From: Kineococcus radiotolerans SRS30216 = ATCC BAA-149
GTDB taxonomy: Bacteria; Actinomycetota; Actinomycetes; Actinomycetales; Kineococcaceae
Direction of reading: 5' to 3'
Assembly (NCBI RefSeq): GCF_000017305.1
Contig: NC_009664.2
Coordinates: forward strand, 1,290,001 to 1,322,000
DNA length: 32,000 nt
Every line of letters begins with the position of its first letter. The first letter of the stretch is position 1. Shown one piece after another: positions 1 to 8,505 of this stretch. The notes below the pieces were generated by a model, which worked only from the letters and a program-made list of their open reading frames with translations, did no database searches and was not told the origin of the DNA. Position numbers and translations under genes: made by a program.

Positions 1-3000
1 CGCGCGCAGCTCCAGCAGGTCCACCAGCAGGTCCCGGGCCGCGTCGGAGCGCACCGGGCCCAGGGTCAGCAACCCGGTGCTGCCGCGGTCCCCGCGCCCG
101 ACGAGGACGGTCCGGAACTCCGTCCCCGGGTGGGCGGCGGACAGCGCGAGCAGCTCGACCCAGGCCCGCAGCGTCTGCTTGCCCTTGATGCGGGAGTAGA
201 CGGTGGTGACGGCGACCTCGCCGGTGGCCCGGCCCCCGCCGCGCACCGGACGGACCCCGCGGACGTTGCCGGTCAGGCGCAGCTGCCCGACGCCGGGGAC
301 GTCGAGGTCGAGCTCGACGTCGACGCTGCGCGGGGGGGCGGTGTCGAACTCGGCGGCGACCCCGGCGATGGCGTCGACGACCGGGCCGACCTCGCGCAGC
401 ACCGCCACCCCCAGCGGCCCGGGCGGCAGGCCGCCGCGGGCGCCCTCCAGCCGCACGACCTCGGGGGCCGCGACCCCCCGCAGCCGGGCCGCGAGCGCGC
501 GGTCGCCCACCGCCCACTTCTGCAGGGCGTCCAGCTGCACGGGGAGCGCGTCGTCGGGTTCCTCCTCGCGGGTGGCGGAGGCGACGTCGAGGCGCTGGCG
601 CAGGAACCCCCGGGCGGGGTGCTGGAGGAACTGCACGAGGGTGTCGAGGTCGAGGTCCGCGGCGGGGGCCGGCGGCAGGGCCGCGGGCAGGAACGGCGGG
701 ACGGGGGCGGGTTCGCGGTGCCCGGCGTCGGCTCCGGAGAACGCCGTGCCGTCGTGGCTGAAGGGCCCGTCGGTGCCCAGGGCCCCGGGGGTGAAGTTGC
801 GCCGGTCGGTGGGCTGCAGGGGGTGGTGGACCTCGATGCGCGCGCGCACCCCGGGGTGGGCGGCCTCCAGGGCGTCGAGGACCTCCCCCACCGGCACCGC
901 GGGCGGCAGCACCGCCCCGGTGCGGACGTCGCGCCCGGAGTAGGTGACGACGAGGGCGTCCCGGGCGGAGCGGACGAGGTCGAGCAGGACCTGGCGGTCC
1001 TCGCCGCGCGGGTCGCGGTCGCCGACGTGGGGGTCGCGGGCGAGGACGTCGTCGGCGTCGGGGCCGCCCGCCCGGGGGAAGGCGCCGTCGTCCATGCCGA
1101 GCAGGCAGACGACGCGGTGCGGGACGGCGCGCACCGGGGCGGGGGTGCAGACGGTGAGGGCCCCGGTGCGGAAGTTCGCCCGCTGCGGGTGCGCGGCGAA
1201 GCGTTCGGAGATCGTGGCGGCGACGTCGGTCAGGCCGACCCGCGCGGTCCCGGCGCGGGCGGCGTCGTGGGCGACGACGCCGAGCTCCCGGCGCAGCTGC
1301 GCGACCTGCCAGGCGTCCTCGGGGGCGGTGTCGGCGAGGTCGAGGACGGCGTCGAGGAGCGTGTCGCACCAGGCGGCGACGCCGTGCCGGCCCTGCAGGC
1401 GGGTGACGGCGGCGTCGAGGCGGTCGAGGAGCTCGGCGAACCGGCCGGCGAGGTCGATGCGGCTGGACTCCACGTCGGCCAGCGGGACGACCGCGCCGAG
1501 CAGCCCGTCCTCCCCGGTGCGCCCGACGAGGTCGTCCTCGACGGCGCCGCCGACGGCGACCCCGACGAGGAGGCGGTCCAGCCCGGCCCGCCACGTCCCC
1601 TGGTCCAGGGAGCCGAGCTGCCAGGCGCCGCGGTGGCGGGCGCTGAGGCCCCAGTGCACCCCGGCGGCGACGGTCCACTCGCGCAGCTGCTCGAGGTCCT
1701 CGTCGTCGAGGTCGAAGCGGCGGCGCACCGGGGCGGCGGCGGCGAGGTCCAGGACCTCGGTGGCGCCGGCCCGCGACTGCGCCAGCCCCAGCAGCCGGAC
1801 GGCGAGACCGAGCAGCGGGTTGGTCCGCAGCGCGGAGCGGTCGGCGACCTGCACCCGCAGCCCCCCGCCGGGGTGGGAGTCGGTGGCGAAGGCGGCCGAG
1901 ACCAGCGGGGCGAAGGTCTCGACGTCGGGGCACGCGACGAGGACGTCGCGCGGCTGCAGCGTCGGGTCGGCGTCGAGGAGGCCGAGGACGACCTCGCGCA
2001 GCACCTCGACCTGCCGGGCGCGGCCGTGGCAGGCGTGCACCTGCACCGAGCGGTCCCCCGGGTCCGGCCCGGGGGCGGGCTCGGCGTCGCGGGCCAGGGC
2101 CGCCTGGAGGGTCCCGAGCAGGGTGGGCGCCGGTTCCGGGGCGGGGTGGTGGACGTCGGTGTGCCCGGGGGCGGCGTGGGCCAGGCGCACCTGCAGCTCC
2201 CGCACGTCGCGGGCCATGGACCGCAGCAGCGGGTGGCGGCCGGGGGCGTGGGCCGCCCAGGCCGCGCGCCGCGGTCCCGGGTCCGTGCGCAGCGCCGCGG
2301 CGGTGGCGTCCCACAGCGCGGGGCTGGGGTGCTGGAGGAGGAGGTGGACCTCGCGGTGCTCGGCGAGCGCGGACAGCACCCGCAGCCGGCTGGTGGCCAG
2401 GCGGGTCACGAGGAACACCGCGAGGCGGGGCCCGAGGTCGCTCAGGGCCGGGTCGGTGCGCAGGGCGGCGCAGGCGTCGTCGAGCAGTTCGGCGGGCGCG
2501 GGCAGGCCGACGCGCTCGCGCACGGCGCGGAACACCTCCGGCTGCCAGCGCAGGTCCGCGGGCAGCGGGGCGCCGGGGGCGTCGTCGCGCCCGGCGGCCC
2601 AGTCCGCGAGCAGCTGCGGGCGGGCCGCGCCGTAGCGGGCGAACAGCCCCGCCACCCGGGCCGCGGCGGCCGTCCGGCGCACGGGCGGGGTGCCCGGGCC
2701 CCCCGGGCCGCCCGGGCCGTCGTCGCCGGGGTGGTGGCGCAGGTGGTGGCGCAGGAGGGCGAACTCCGGGCGCCCGTCGGGGGCGGGGCCGCCGTCGGCG
2801 GGGGCGATCTCGTCGAGGACCTCCAGGACGTCCCACGTCAGCGACGACGGCGCCCACCGCTCGACGGCGTCGCCGGTCCCGGGGCGGGTGCGCTCGAGCG
2901 CCGCGGCGAGGACCCCGTCGAGCAGGTGCGCCGGGGAGGAGGTGTCCACCCGCGCGCAGATCCCGTCGTCCCCGCCGCCCGCGGCGGGGTCGCCGGCGCC

Positions 3001-3165
3001 GAGGTGGTGCGACAGCCGCTGCGCGATCCACCGCTCGGTGCCGCGGGCCCCCACGGCGAGGACGTCGGGGGCGAACGGGTCGGCGCCCGGCGCGGGGTCG
3101 CGCAGGAGGCCGGCGAGGGCGGTCACCAGGGTGTTCGCGCTCTCGGAGCGGTGGACGTGGAGCAC
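1..3165 (-). CDS. recC: Exodeoxyribonuclease V gamma subunit RecC (C-terminus lies beyond the left window edge)
   Basis: The minus-strand frame is open from position 1 to a GTG at 3165, exactly 1055 codons. It is missing from the ORF track because it runs off the edge. My translation starts VLHVHRSESANTLVTALAGLL..GARGTERWIAQRLS. It contains SVQVHACHGRARQVEVLREVVLGLLDADPTLQPRDVLV and VVCLLGMDDGAFPR, which match RecC motifs as I recall them. The plus-strand ORFs 130..4212, 203..943, 944..2635 and 2690..3415 are its shadows. Confidence 0.88.
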   Translation of the reverse strand, partial: MLHVHRSESANTLVTALAGLLRDPAPGADPFAPDVLAVGARGTERWIAQRLSHHLGAGDPAAGGGDDGICARVDTSSPAHLLDGVLAAALERTRPGTGDAVERWAPSSLTWDVLEVLDEIAPADGGPAPDGRPEFALLRHHLRHHPGDDGPGGPGGPGTPPVRRTAAAARVAGLFARYGAARPQLLADWAAGRDDAPGAPLPADLRWQPEVFRAVRERVGLPAPAELLDDACAALRTDPALSDLGPRLAVFLVTRLATSRLRVLSALAEHREVHLLLQHPSPALWDATAAALRTDPGPRRAAWAAHAPGRHPLLRSMARDVRELQVRLAHAAPGHTDVHHPAPEPAPTLLGTLQAALARDAEPAPGPDPGDRSVQVHACHGRARQVEVLREVVLGLLDADPTLQPRDVLVACPDVETFAPLVSAAFATDSHPGGGLRVQVADRSALRTNPLLGLAVRLLGLAQSRAGATEVLDLAAAAPVRRRFDLDDEDLEQLREWTVAAGVHWGLSARHRGAWQLGSLDQGTWRAGLDRLLVGVAVGGAVEDDLVGRTGEDGLLGAVVPLADVESSRIDLAGRFAELLDRLDAAVTRLQGRHGVAAWCDTLLDAVLDLADTAPEDAWQVAQLRRELGVVAHDAARAGTARVGLTDVAATISERFAAHPQRANFRTGALTVCTPAPVRAVPHRVVCLLGMDDGAFPRAGGPDADDVLARDPHVGDRDPRGEDRQVLLDLVRSARDALVVTYSGRDVRTGAVLPPAVPVGEVLDALEAAHPGVRARIEVHHPLQPTDRRNFTPGALGTDGPFSHDGTAFSGADAGHREPAPVPPFLPAALPPAPAADLDLDTLVQFLQHPARGFLRQRLDVASATREEEPDDALPVQLDALQKWAVGDRALAARLRGVAAPEVVRLEGARGGLPPGPLGVAVLREVGPVVDAIAGVAAEFDTAPPRSVDVELDLDVPGVGQLRLTGNVRGVRPVRGGGRATGEVAVTTVYSRIKGKQTLRAWVELLALSAAHPGTEFRTVLVGRGDRGSTGLLTLGPVRSDAARDLLVDLLELRA

Positions 3166-3240
3166 GGGCCCTGTCTACCCGACCGCGCCGACACCGCCGC
3201 GCGTGGTGCGCGCGGTGCCGGGGGGTGGTGTGCTGGCGCG

Positions 3241-4212
3241 GTGCTGCTGTCCCTGCTCGACCGCTCGCGCACCCGCACCGGGCGCGACGACGCCGACGCG
3301 CTGCGGGCGACGCTGCGCCGCGCCGTCCACGCCGAGCGGCTCGGCCTGCACCGGTTCTGGGTGGCCGAGCACCACGCGGTGCCCGGCGCGGTGGGGTCGG
3401 CGCCGACGGTGCTGATGGCCGCGGTCGCCGCCGCGACCGCGCGGATCCGCGTGGGGGCGGCGGGCGTCATGCTGCCCAACCACGTCCCGTTCGTCGTCGC
3501 CGAGCAGCTCGCGACGCTGTCGGCCCTGCACCCGGGCCGCGTCGACGTCGGCGTGGGGCGGTCCCTGGGGTTCACCGCCCCGGTGCGCCGGGCCCTGGGC
3601 GCGAGCAGCGCCGAGGACTTCGAGGACCGGCTGGCGGAGCTGCTGGACTGGCTGCACGGGCGCGGCCCGCTGACGCTGCGGCCCTCCGCGCCGGCGCCGC
3701 CGGTGTGGCTGCTCGCCACCGGGAACGGCCTGGGCACCGCCGCCCGGTTCGGGCTGCCCGTGGTGGTGGCCGGGCCGCTGCTGGCCGAGCCCGCCCCGCT
3801 GGCCCGCTACCGGGCCGAGAGCCCGCCGGGACGGGCGCGGGTCACCGCCTCCCTCGACGTCCTCGTCGCCGACTCCGCCGCGCAGGCCCGGCGGGAGCTG
3901 CTGCCGCAGGCGGTGGCGCTGGCCCGGACCCGCAGCCGCGGGGAGTTCCCGCCCCTGCCCAGCCCCGCCGAGGCGGCCTCCGCGCAGCTGAGCGCCCGCG
4001 AGCTCGCCGACGTCGAGACGACGCTGGCCTCGGCGGTGCTCGGCGACGAGGCGGAGGTCGCGCAGCGCCTGGCGGACCTCGTGGACCGGACCGGTGCGGT
4101 GGAGCTGATGGTGGCGACGACCCTGCACGACGAGGCGGCCGAGGCGGAAGCCGACACCCGGCTGGCGCGGCTGGTCGCGCGGCTGGGGGGCGGGCTCAGA
4201 ACCGCCGGCTGA
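3241..4212 (+). CDS. LLM-class (luciferase-like) flavin-dependent oxidoreductase
   Basis: This is the last about 323 aa of ORF 130..4212. An in-frame GTG at 3241 gives VLLSLLDRS..LGLHRFWVAEHH..GVMLPNH, a typical luciferase-like monooxygenase N-terminus. Upstream in-frame sequence is Gly/Arg-rich shadow of recC. Confidence 0.85.
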   Translation: MLLSLLDRSRTRTGRDDADALRATLRRAVHAERLGLHRFWVAEHHAVPGAVGSAPTVLMAAVAAATARIRVGAAGVMLPNHVPFVVAEQLATLSALHPGRVDVGVGRSLGFTAPVRRALGASSAEDFEDRLAELLDWLHGRGPLTLRPSAPAPPVWLLATGNGLGTAARFGLPVVVAGPLLAEPAPLARYRAESPPGRARVTASLDVLVADSAAQARRELLPQAVALARTRSRGEFPPLPSPAEAASAQLSARELADVETTLASAVLGDEAEVAQRLADLVDRTGAVELMVATTLHDEAAEAEADTRLARLVARLGGGLRTAG

Positions 4213-5593
4213 GGGAGCGGCGGCGCACGCGCTGCTCGATGCGGTCGAACTCCCGCCGCAGCGGCTGGGAGCAGAACTCGCCCAGCGTCACCCCGGCGGC
4301 CAGCGCCAGCGCGGTCCCCACGGCGGAGATCAGCTGCGTCAGCCCGACCGAGGTGGACCCGCCGACCAGGGCGAAGATGGCCCGGTAGATGGCCAGCCCC
4401 GGCAGGAGCGGCACGATGCCGCAGATCGAGACGACGAGCCCGGGGACGTTCCACCGCCACGCCGTCCCCTCGGCGAGGAACCCGACGAGCAGGGCGGCGA
4501 CGCCCGCGGAGGCGATGGGTCCCAGGCCCAGGATCGCGCCGGTCCCGGCGGCGGCGGTCGCGGTCGCCCCGGCCAGCGCGGCGAGCAGCACGGCCCGCCC
4601 GTCGGCGTACCCGGACACCGCCCACGCCAGGGCGCAGGCGGCCCCGGCGAGGACCTGGACGAGGAGGGCGGGGGCCTCCCCGGGCGAGAAGCTGAGGCTG
4701 AGGGTGATCCCGGCCCGCTGGCCGAGGTCGAGGACGCCGGCGATGCCGAGCACGAGGCCGGTGGTGAGCAGGACCGTCTCGAAGGCCCGGGCCCCGGCGG
4801 TGACGTAGAACCCGGAGATCGCGTCCTCGGCGGAGCCGACGAGGGACCACCCGGCCAGCAGCACGACGATGCCGGAGCCGACGACCAGCGAGGGCGGCAG
4901 CGGCCCCACCCAGCCCGGCAGGTGCGGCTGCCAGACGAGCAGGGCCAGCGCGAAGGTCGTCGCCAGACCCGCCCCGGCGACCTGCTGGAAGAAGGCGGGC
5001 AGGCCGCGCTGGTTGGCGGCGAGCAGCAGCACCTGCAGGAAGCCGGTGACCAGGGCGGCGCTGAGGGCGACGGCCCAGCTCCCGCCGAGGAGGACGGCCA
5101 CGGAGGCCGCCAGGCCCATCGCCCCCAGCGTGGAGACGGAGCCGCGGTAGGGGCGCCGCTGCGAGAGCAGCCGCTTCAGGCGGGTGGTGATCTCCGCCGG
5201 GGGCATGCCGTCCGCGGCGGCGTGGGCCAGCTCGTACAGGCGCGAGAGGCGGGCGTAGTCGGTGGCGCGCAGCCTGACGACGCGCACGGCGGTCAGCGGC
5301 TGCCGGTCCGGGCCGGCGGTGGAGACGATGACGGCGGTGAAGGTGATGTCGACCTGGGTGTGCACCAGGCCGGACCCGGCCGCCGCCCGCAGCGTGAGGG
5401 CGGTGACGTCGGCGGCCGACGCCCCGGCGGAGAGCAGCGCCTCGCTCATCCGCACCATGGCGTCCAGGACGTCGAGGACGTCGTCCCGGGTCAGGGCGCC
5501 CTCGGTGAGGGGGTCGGGGACCGGTGACGCCTCCCCGGCGATGACCTCGGCCAGCCGGGAGCGCAGGCGTCCGGCGGTACGCAGGGCGAGCAC
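4196..5593 (-). CDS. Threonine/serine exporter family membrane protein (ThrE-like, fused DUF1212 and DUF3815 halves)
   Basis: A 465-aa ORF. The soluble N-terminal region (VLDAMVRMSEALLSAGASAADV) is followed by about 10 hydrophobic helices, the architecture of ThrE family proteins. Confidence 0.85.
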   Translation of the reverse strand: MLALRTAGRLRSRLAEVIAGEASPVPDPLTEGALTRDDVLDVLDAMVRMSEALLSAGASAADVTALTLRAAAGSGLVHTQVDITFTAVIVSTAGPDRQPLTAVRVVRLRATDYARLSRLYELAHAAADGMPPAEITTRLKRLLSQRRPYRGSVSTLGAMGLAASVAVLLGGSWAVALSAALVTGFLQVLLLAANQRGLPAFFQQVAGAGLATTFALALLVWQPHLPGWVGPLPPSLVVGSGIVVLLAGWSLVGSAEDAISGFYVTAGARAFETVLLTTGLVLGIAGVLDLGQRAGITLSLSFSPGEAPALLVQVLAGAACALAWAVSGYADGRAVLLAALAGATATAAAGTGAILGLGPIASAGVAALLVGFLAEGTAWRWNVPGLVVSICGIVPLLPGLAIYRAIFALVGGSTSVGLTQLISAVGTALALAAGVTLGEFCSQPLRREFDRIEQRVRRRSLSRRF

Positions 5594-5628
5594 GCCCCGA
5601 CGCTACCGAACCGGTGGCGCCGGCCCGC

Positions 5629-6030
5629 TCAGCAGAGCAGGGCGAGCTCGTCCCGCACCACGGGGGTGACCAGGTCGCAGCCGACCTGGGCGGTGCCGAG
5701 GTCGACGACCTGCCAGGTCCCTCCGACCCGCTGCAGCACGGCGGTGGCGGGGTCGAGGGTGCCGGCCCCGGCGGCGGTGGGTTCCAGCGCCGCGGCCGCC
5801 CACGCGGGGTCGCTGCCGGCGACGCGCACGTCGGTGACGGCGTAGTCGCCGGCCGGGACCCCGGCGACGGCGGGGCTGGCGCTCACCGCGGCCCGGACGG
5901 CGGTCTCGGGCGCGGTCCCCGGAGCGGCCGGGGTGCCGGCGTTCGCGGTCACCGGGCTGAGCACGGCGACGGCGGCGACCCCCAGGGCGGGGACGGCGAG
6001 GAGCGTGCGGACGGTGCTGCGGCGGGGCAT
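5629..6030 (-). CDS. Small secreted hypothetical protein (133 aa) with Sec signal peptide
   Basis: An internal ATG at 6030 within ORF 5629..7980 is preceded by GGAGG (complement of cctcc at about 6040). The N-terminus MPRRSTVRTLLAVPALGVAAVAVLSPVTANA|G has signal-peptide n/h/c regions and an AxA site. There are two Cys near the C-terminus. The upstream part of the 783-aa ORF is Arg/Pro-rich shadow. Confidence 0.7.
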   Translation of the reverse strand: MPRRSTVRTLLAVPALGVAAVAVLSPVTANAGTPAAPGTAPETAVRAAVSASPAVAGVPAGDYAVTDVRVAGSDPAWAAAALEPTAAGAGTLDPATAVLQRVGGTWQVVDLGTAQVGCDLVTPVVRDELALLC

Positions 6031-6142
6031 GGGTCCAACCTCCGTGGTCGATCGACGGTCAGCAGGTGGGACGCAGCGGGGCGCCGGCCCGTTGCACGTC
6101 GGCGGGTCCGGACCTCTGGAGGTGCTGTGGAGATCGTGTGCC

Positions 6143-6158
6143 CCCGCCCGGGGGCGGG
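6143..6158 (-). terminator. Short GC hairpin immediately after the kinase stop codon
   Basis: cccgcc-cggg-ggcggg forms a 6-bp stem abutting the stop codon at 6159..6161. There is no U-tract. Confidence 0.3.
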
Positions 6159-6782
6159 TCAGGACGGGGTGACGACGAGGTCGGCGCGCTCGCGGGTGGC
6201 GGCGATGACGCGGGCGTTGGCCGCGTCGCTGCCCAGGGCCCAGGCCCGCGCGGCGGCGGGGTCCTTGCCGAAGGCGACGTGGCGGGCGACGAGGCGTTCC
6301 AGGCGCAGCTCCTCCGGCGGCTCCAGGTACCAGGTCTCGTCGATCAGCCCCTCCAGCGCGGCCCAGGGCCCCTCGCGCAGCAGCAGGTAGTTGCCCTCGG
6401 TGAGGACCAGCGGGACCTCGCGCGGCACGGGCAGGGCCGAACCGACCGGTTCCTCGATCTCGCGGCGGAACTCCGGGGCGTGCACGACGGCCTCCTCCCC
6501 CGACCGCAGCCGGCGCAGCAGCGAGACGTAGCCGCCGACGTCGAAGGTGTCGGAGGCGCCCTTGCGGTCCCGGCGCCCGAGGGCCTCCAGCACGACGTCG
6601 GCGTAGTGGTAGCCGTCCATGGGCACGACGACGCACCGCCGCGGGCCGAGGGCCCCGGCCAGCCGGGCGGCCAGGGTCGACTTGCCCGAGCCGGGAGCGC
6701 CGACGAGGCCGAGGATCCGCCGAGGTCCGGTGGTCATGGCCCGGGCGCGCTCGAGGAGGTCCTCGAAGGGGGGAGTGCTCAT
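6159..6782 (-). CDS. P-loop nucleoside/nucleotide kinase family protein (uridine kinase / PRK / FrcK-like)
   Basis: Starts at the ATG at 6782 (MSTPPFEDLL). Walker A motif is GLVGAPGSGKST. PMDGYHY and TEGNYLL are typical of this kinase family. The start overlaps the upstream stop (TGATG). Confidence 0.8.
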   Translation of the reverse strand: MSTPPFEDLLERARAMTTGPRRILGLVGAPGSGKSTLAARLAGALGPRRCVVVPMDGYHYADVVLEALGRRDRKGASDTFDVGGYVSLLRRLRSGEEAVVHAPEFRREIEEPVGSALPVPREVPLVLTEGNYLLLREGPWAALEGLIDETWYLEPPEELRLERLVARHVAFGKDPAAARAWALGSDAANARVIAATRERADLVVTPS

Positions 6783-7456
6783 CAGAACACCGGTCCCGGC
6801 TCGGCGGCCGGGCCCTCGCCGGCGGCCTCGGCGGCGACGGGGTCGAGCACGGCACCCGCCCACCGCTCGCAGGTCCAGCCGTCCTCGGGGGTGCCGGTGA
6901 GGGTGACGACGCCGGTGTTCTCCAGGCCGGTGGCGATGACGAAGCCCGCGGAGAGGTTGCCCACCCGGGCCCCGGCCCAGGTGCGGATGGCGGCGCCGTG
7001 GCTGACGAGCACGAGGGTGTCGACGCCCTGCGCGCGGGCGGCCTCGACGGCGTCGGCGACGGCGCGGTCGTAGCGGGCGAAGAAGGTGCGCCCGTCCTCG
7101 GCCCCGGGTTCGGCGACGGTGAGGTCGCCGTGCAGCCAGGCCGCCACGACGGCCAGGTAGCGCTGCACCGAGGCCTCGTCGCCGCGCATCTCCAGGTCGC
7201 CGGCCTCGATCTCGCGCAGCCCGTCGAGGACGGCGACGCCGAGGCCGAGGTGGGCGGCCAGCGGGGCGGCGGTCTGCTGGGTGCGGACGAGGGGCGAGGC
7301 GCTGATCGCCCCCACGCCCCCCTCCCCCAGCTCCGCGACGAGGGCGTCGGCCTGCGCCCGGCCGAGCTCGGTGAGGTCGGCGCCGGGGACGGCGGTGTCG
7401 AGCAGGTGCTCGACGTTGGAGGGGGTCTGGCCGTGGCGGACGAGGTGGAGGCGCAC
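6782..7456 (-). CDS. Histidine phosphatase family protein (phosphoglycerate mutase-like)
   Basis: A 224-aa ORF with the N-terminal catalytic motif LVRHGQT and a later SHG motif (LVSHGAAIR). Confidence 0.88.
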   Translation of the reverse strand: MRLHLVRHGQTPSNVEHLLDTAVPGADLTELGRAQADALVAELGEGGVGAISASPLVRTQQTAAPLAAHLGLGVAVLDGLREIEAGDLEMRGDEASVQRYLAVVAAWLHGDLTVAEPGAEDGRTFFARYDRAVADAVEAARAQGVDTLVLVSHGAAIRTWAGARVGNLSAGFVIATGLENTGVVTLTGTPEDGWTCERWAGAVLDPVAAEAAGEGPAAEPGPVF

Positions 7457-7471
7457 CGCCCCAGCCTGTCA

Positions 7472-7492
7472 GAGCCGCCGCGGCGGCGGCTC
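7472..7492 (-). terminator. GC hairpin between the orphan gene and the histidine phosphatase gene
   Basis: gagccgccg-cgg-cggcggctc forms a 9-bp perfect stem. It overlaps the stop codon (7491..7493) of the upstream gene. It could be an attenuator, a terminator or an mRNA-stability element. Confidence 0.35.
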
Positions 7493-7895
7493 AGAGGACG
7501 ACGTCGAGCCGGCCGTGGGTGCTGCCGTTGAGCAGGGTCATGAGCCGCAGCTGCACCTCGACGGGCACCGGCTCCTTGGCGGTGAAGGTGAGCCGCCCGA
7601 TCATGCGGCGCAGGTCCTCCGCGGTCAGGTCGCGGTACCCGGAGACCATCCCGCTGGCGCGCTCGCGGTTGATCTCGCGCGCCAGGGAGGAGATCTGGGT
7701 GGCGCCGACGCCCTCGTCCCCGTCGGCGCCGTAGAGGTGGCCGAGCAGGGCGCGGTCGGACTGGGTCAGCTCGTCGAGCGGGTCCTCGTCGATCCACTCC
7801 GGGGTGATGCGCCGGACCGGCGTCACCGACTCCACGCCGTCCAGGCGGGTCGCGCTGCGCACCGCCGGGGCGGAGGTCACCGTTCCGAGTCGCAT
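7491..7895 (-). CDS. Hypothetical acidic protein (134 aa), no family recognised
   Basis: GC3 is about 97% in this frame. The ATG at 7895 is preceded by GGGAGA about 6 nt upstream. The track gives an alternative GTG at 7916. I recognise no motif. Confidence 0.65.
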   Translation of the reverse strand: MRLGTVTSAPAVRSATRLDGVESVTPVRRITPEWIDEDPLDELTQSDRALLGHLYGADGDEGVGATQISSLAREINRERASGMVSGYRDLTAEDLRRMIGRLTFTAKEPVPVEVQLRLMTLLNGSTHGRLDVVL

Positions 7896-7953
7896 GGTCG
7901 TCTCCCGTCCTGTCACTTGCCGTGGTTGCTATGTGACTCCCAGTGTCACCCAG

Positions 7954-8026
7954 GGACGGCCGGACCTGAGACCCGGTCACCCGGATGGAGCAGTCGCCGT
8001 CCGGGTGACCCCGCCGGGGGCCGTCC
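7954..8026 (-). terminator. Nested stem-loop downstream of the nitroreductase-family gene and upstream of the orphan gene
   Basis: Inner stem ggtcacccgga (7975..7985) pairs with tccgggtgacc (8000..8010): 11 bp with a 14-nt loop. Outer stem ggacggcc (7954..7961) pairs with ggccgtcc (8019..8026). Confidence 0.45.
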
Positions 8027-8058
8027 GGACGACGACGCTCACCGCCCGTCCGCTCAGC

Positions 8059-8496
8059 TCACTCCACGGGCTCCAGGACGAACACCGGGATCTCCCGCTC
8101 CGTCTTCAGCTGGTAGTCGGCGTAGTCGGGGTAGGCCGCGACGGAGCGCTCCCACCACAGCGCCTTCTCCTCGCCCGTCACCTCGCGGGCCAGGTAGTCC
8201 TTCTTGACCGCGCCGTCCTGCAGCTCGGCCAGCGGGTTGGCCTTGAGGTTGTGGTACCAGACGGGGTTCTTCGGGGAACCGCCCAGCGAGGCCACGGCGG
8301 CGTAGCTGCCCCCGTGCTCCACGCGCATCAGGGCCTGCTTGCGCAGCTTCCCCGACTTCGCGCCCTTCGTCGTCAGGACGATGACGGGCATCCCCCGCAG
8401 GTCGCCCGCCTCCTTCCCGTCGGACGCCTCGTACTTCTCGACCTGCTCCCGGACCCAGGCCTCGGGGCTCGGTTCGTACTCTCCTGTCAACGGCAT
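8059..8496 (-). CDS. Nitroreductase-family deazaflavin (F420)-dependent oxidoreductase (Ddn/PNPOx-like split barrel)
   Basis: A 145-aa [49 protein letters not shown] is the hallmark of the Ddn-like family. Confidence 0.88.
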   Translation of the reverse strand: MPLTGEYEPSPEAWVREQVEKYEASDGKEAGDLRGMPVIVLTTKGAKSGKLRKQALMRVEHGGSYAAVASLGGSPKNPVWYHNLKANPLAELQDGAVKKDYLAREVTGEEKALWWERSVAAYPDYADYQLKTEREIPVFVLEPVE

Positions 8497-8505
8497 GCCC
8501 GCACG

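Noticed and set aside
130-4212. A 1360-aa plus-strand ORF, the longest in the track
   Set aside because: Its first roughly 1035 codons are Gly/Arg/Ala/Pro-rich low-complexity sequence lying exactly antisense to a clearly recognisable recC. Only the last about 323 codons (from the GTG at 3241) look like a real protein, the luciferase-like oxidoreductase. The in-frame fusion is an artefact of rare stop codons in GC-rich DNA.
5629-7980. A 783-aa minus-strand ORF covering four smaller genes
   Set aside because: Only the C-terminal 133 aa (signal peptide protein, ATG at 6030 with GGAGG RBS) is plausible. Upstream it overlaps, out of frame, the kinase, histidine phosphatase and orphan genes, which have strong signatures.
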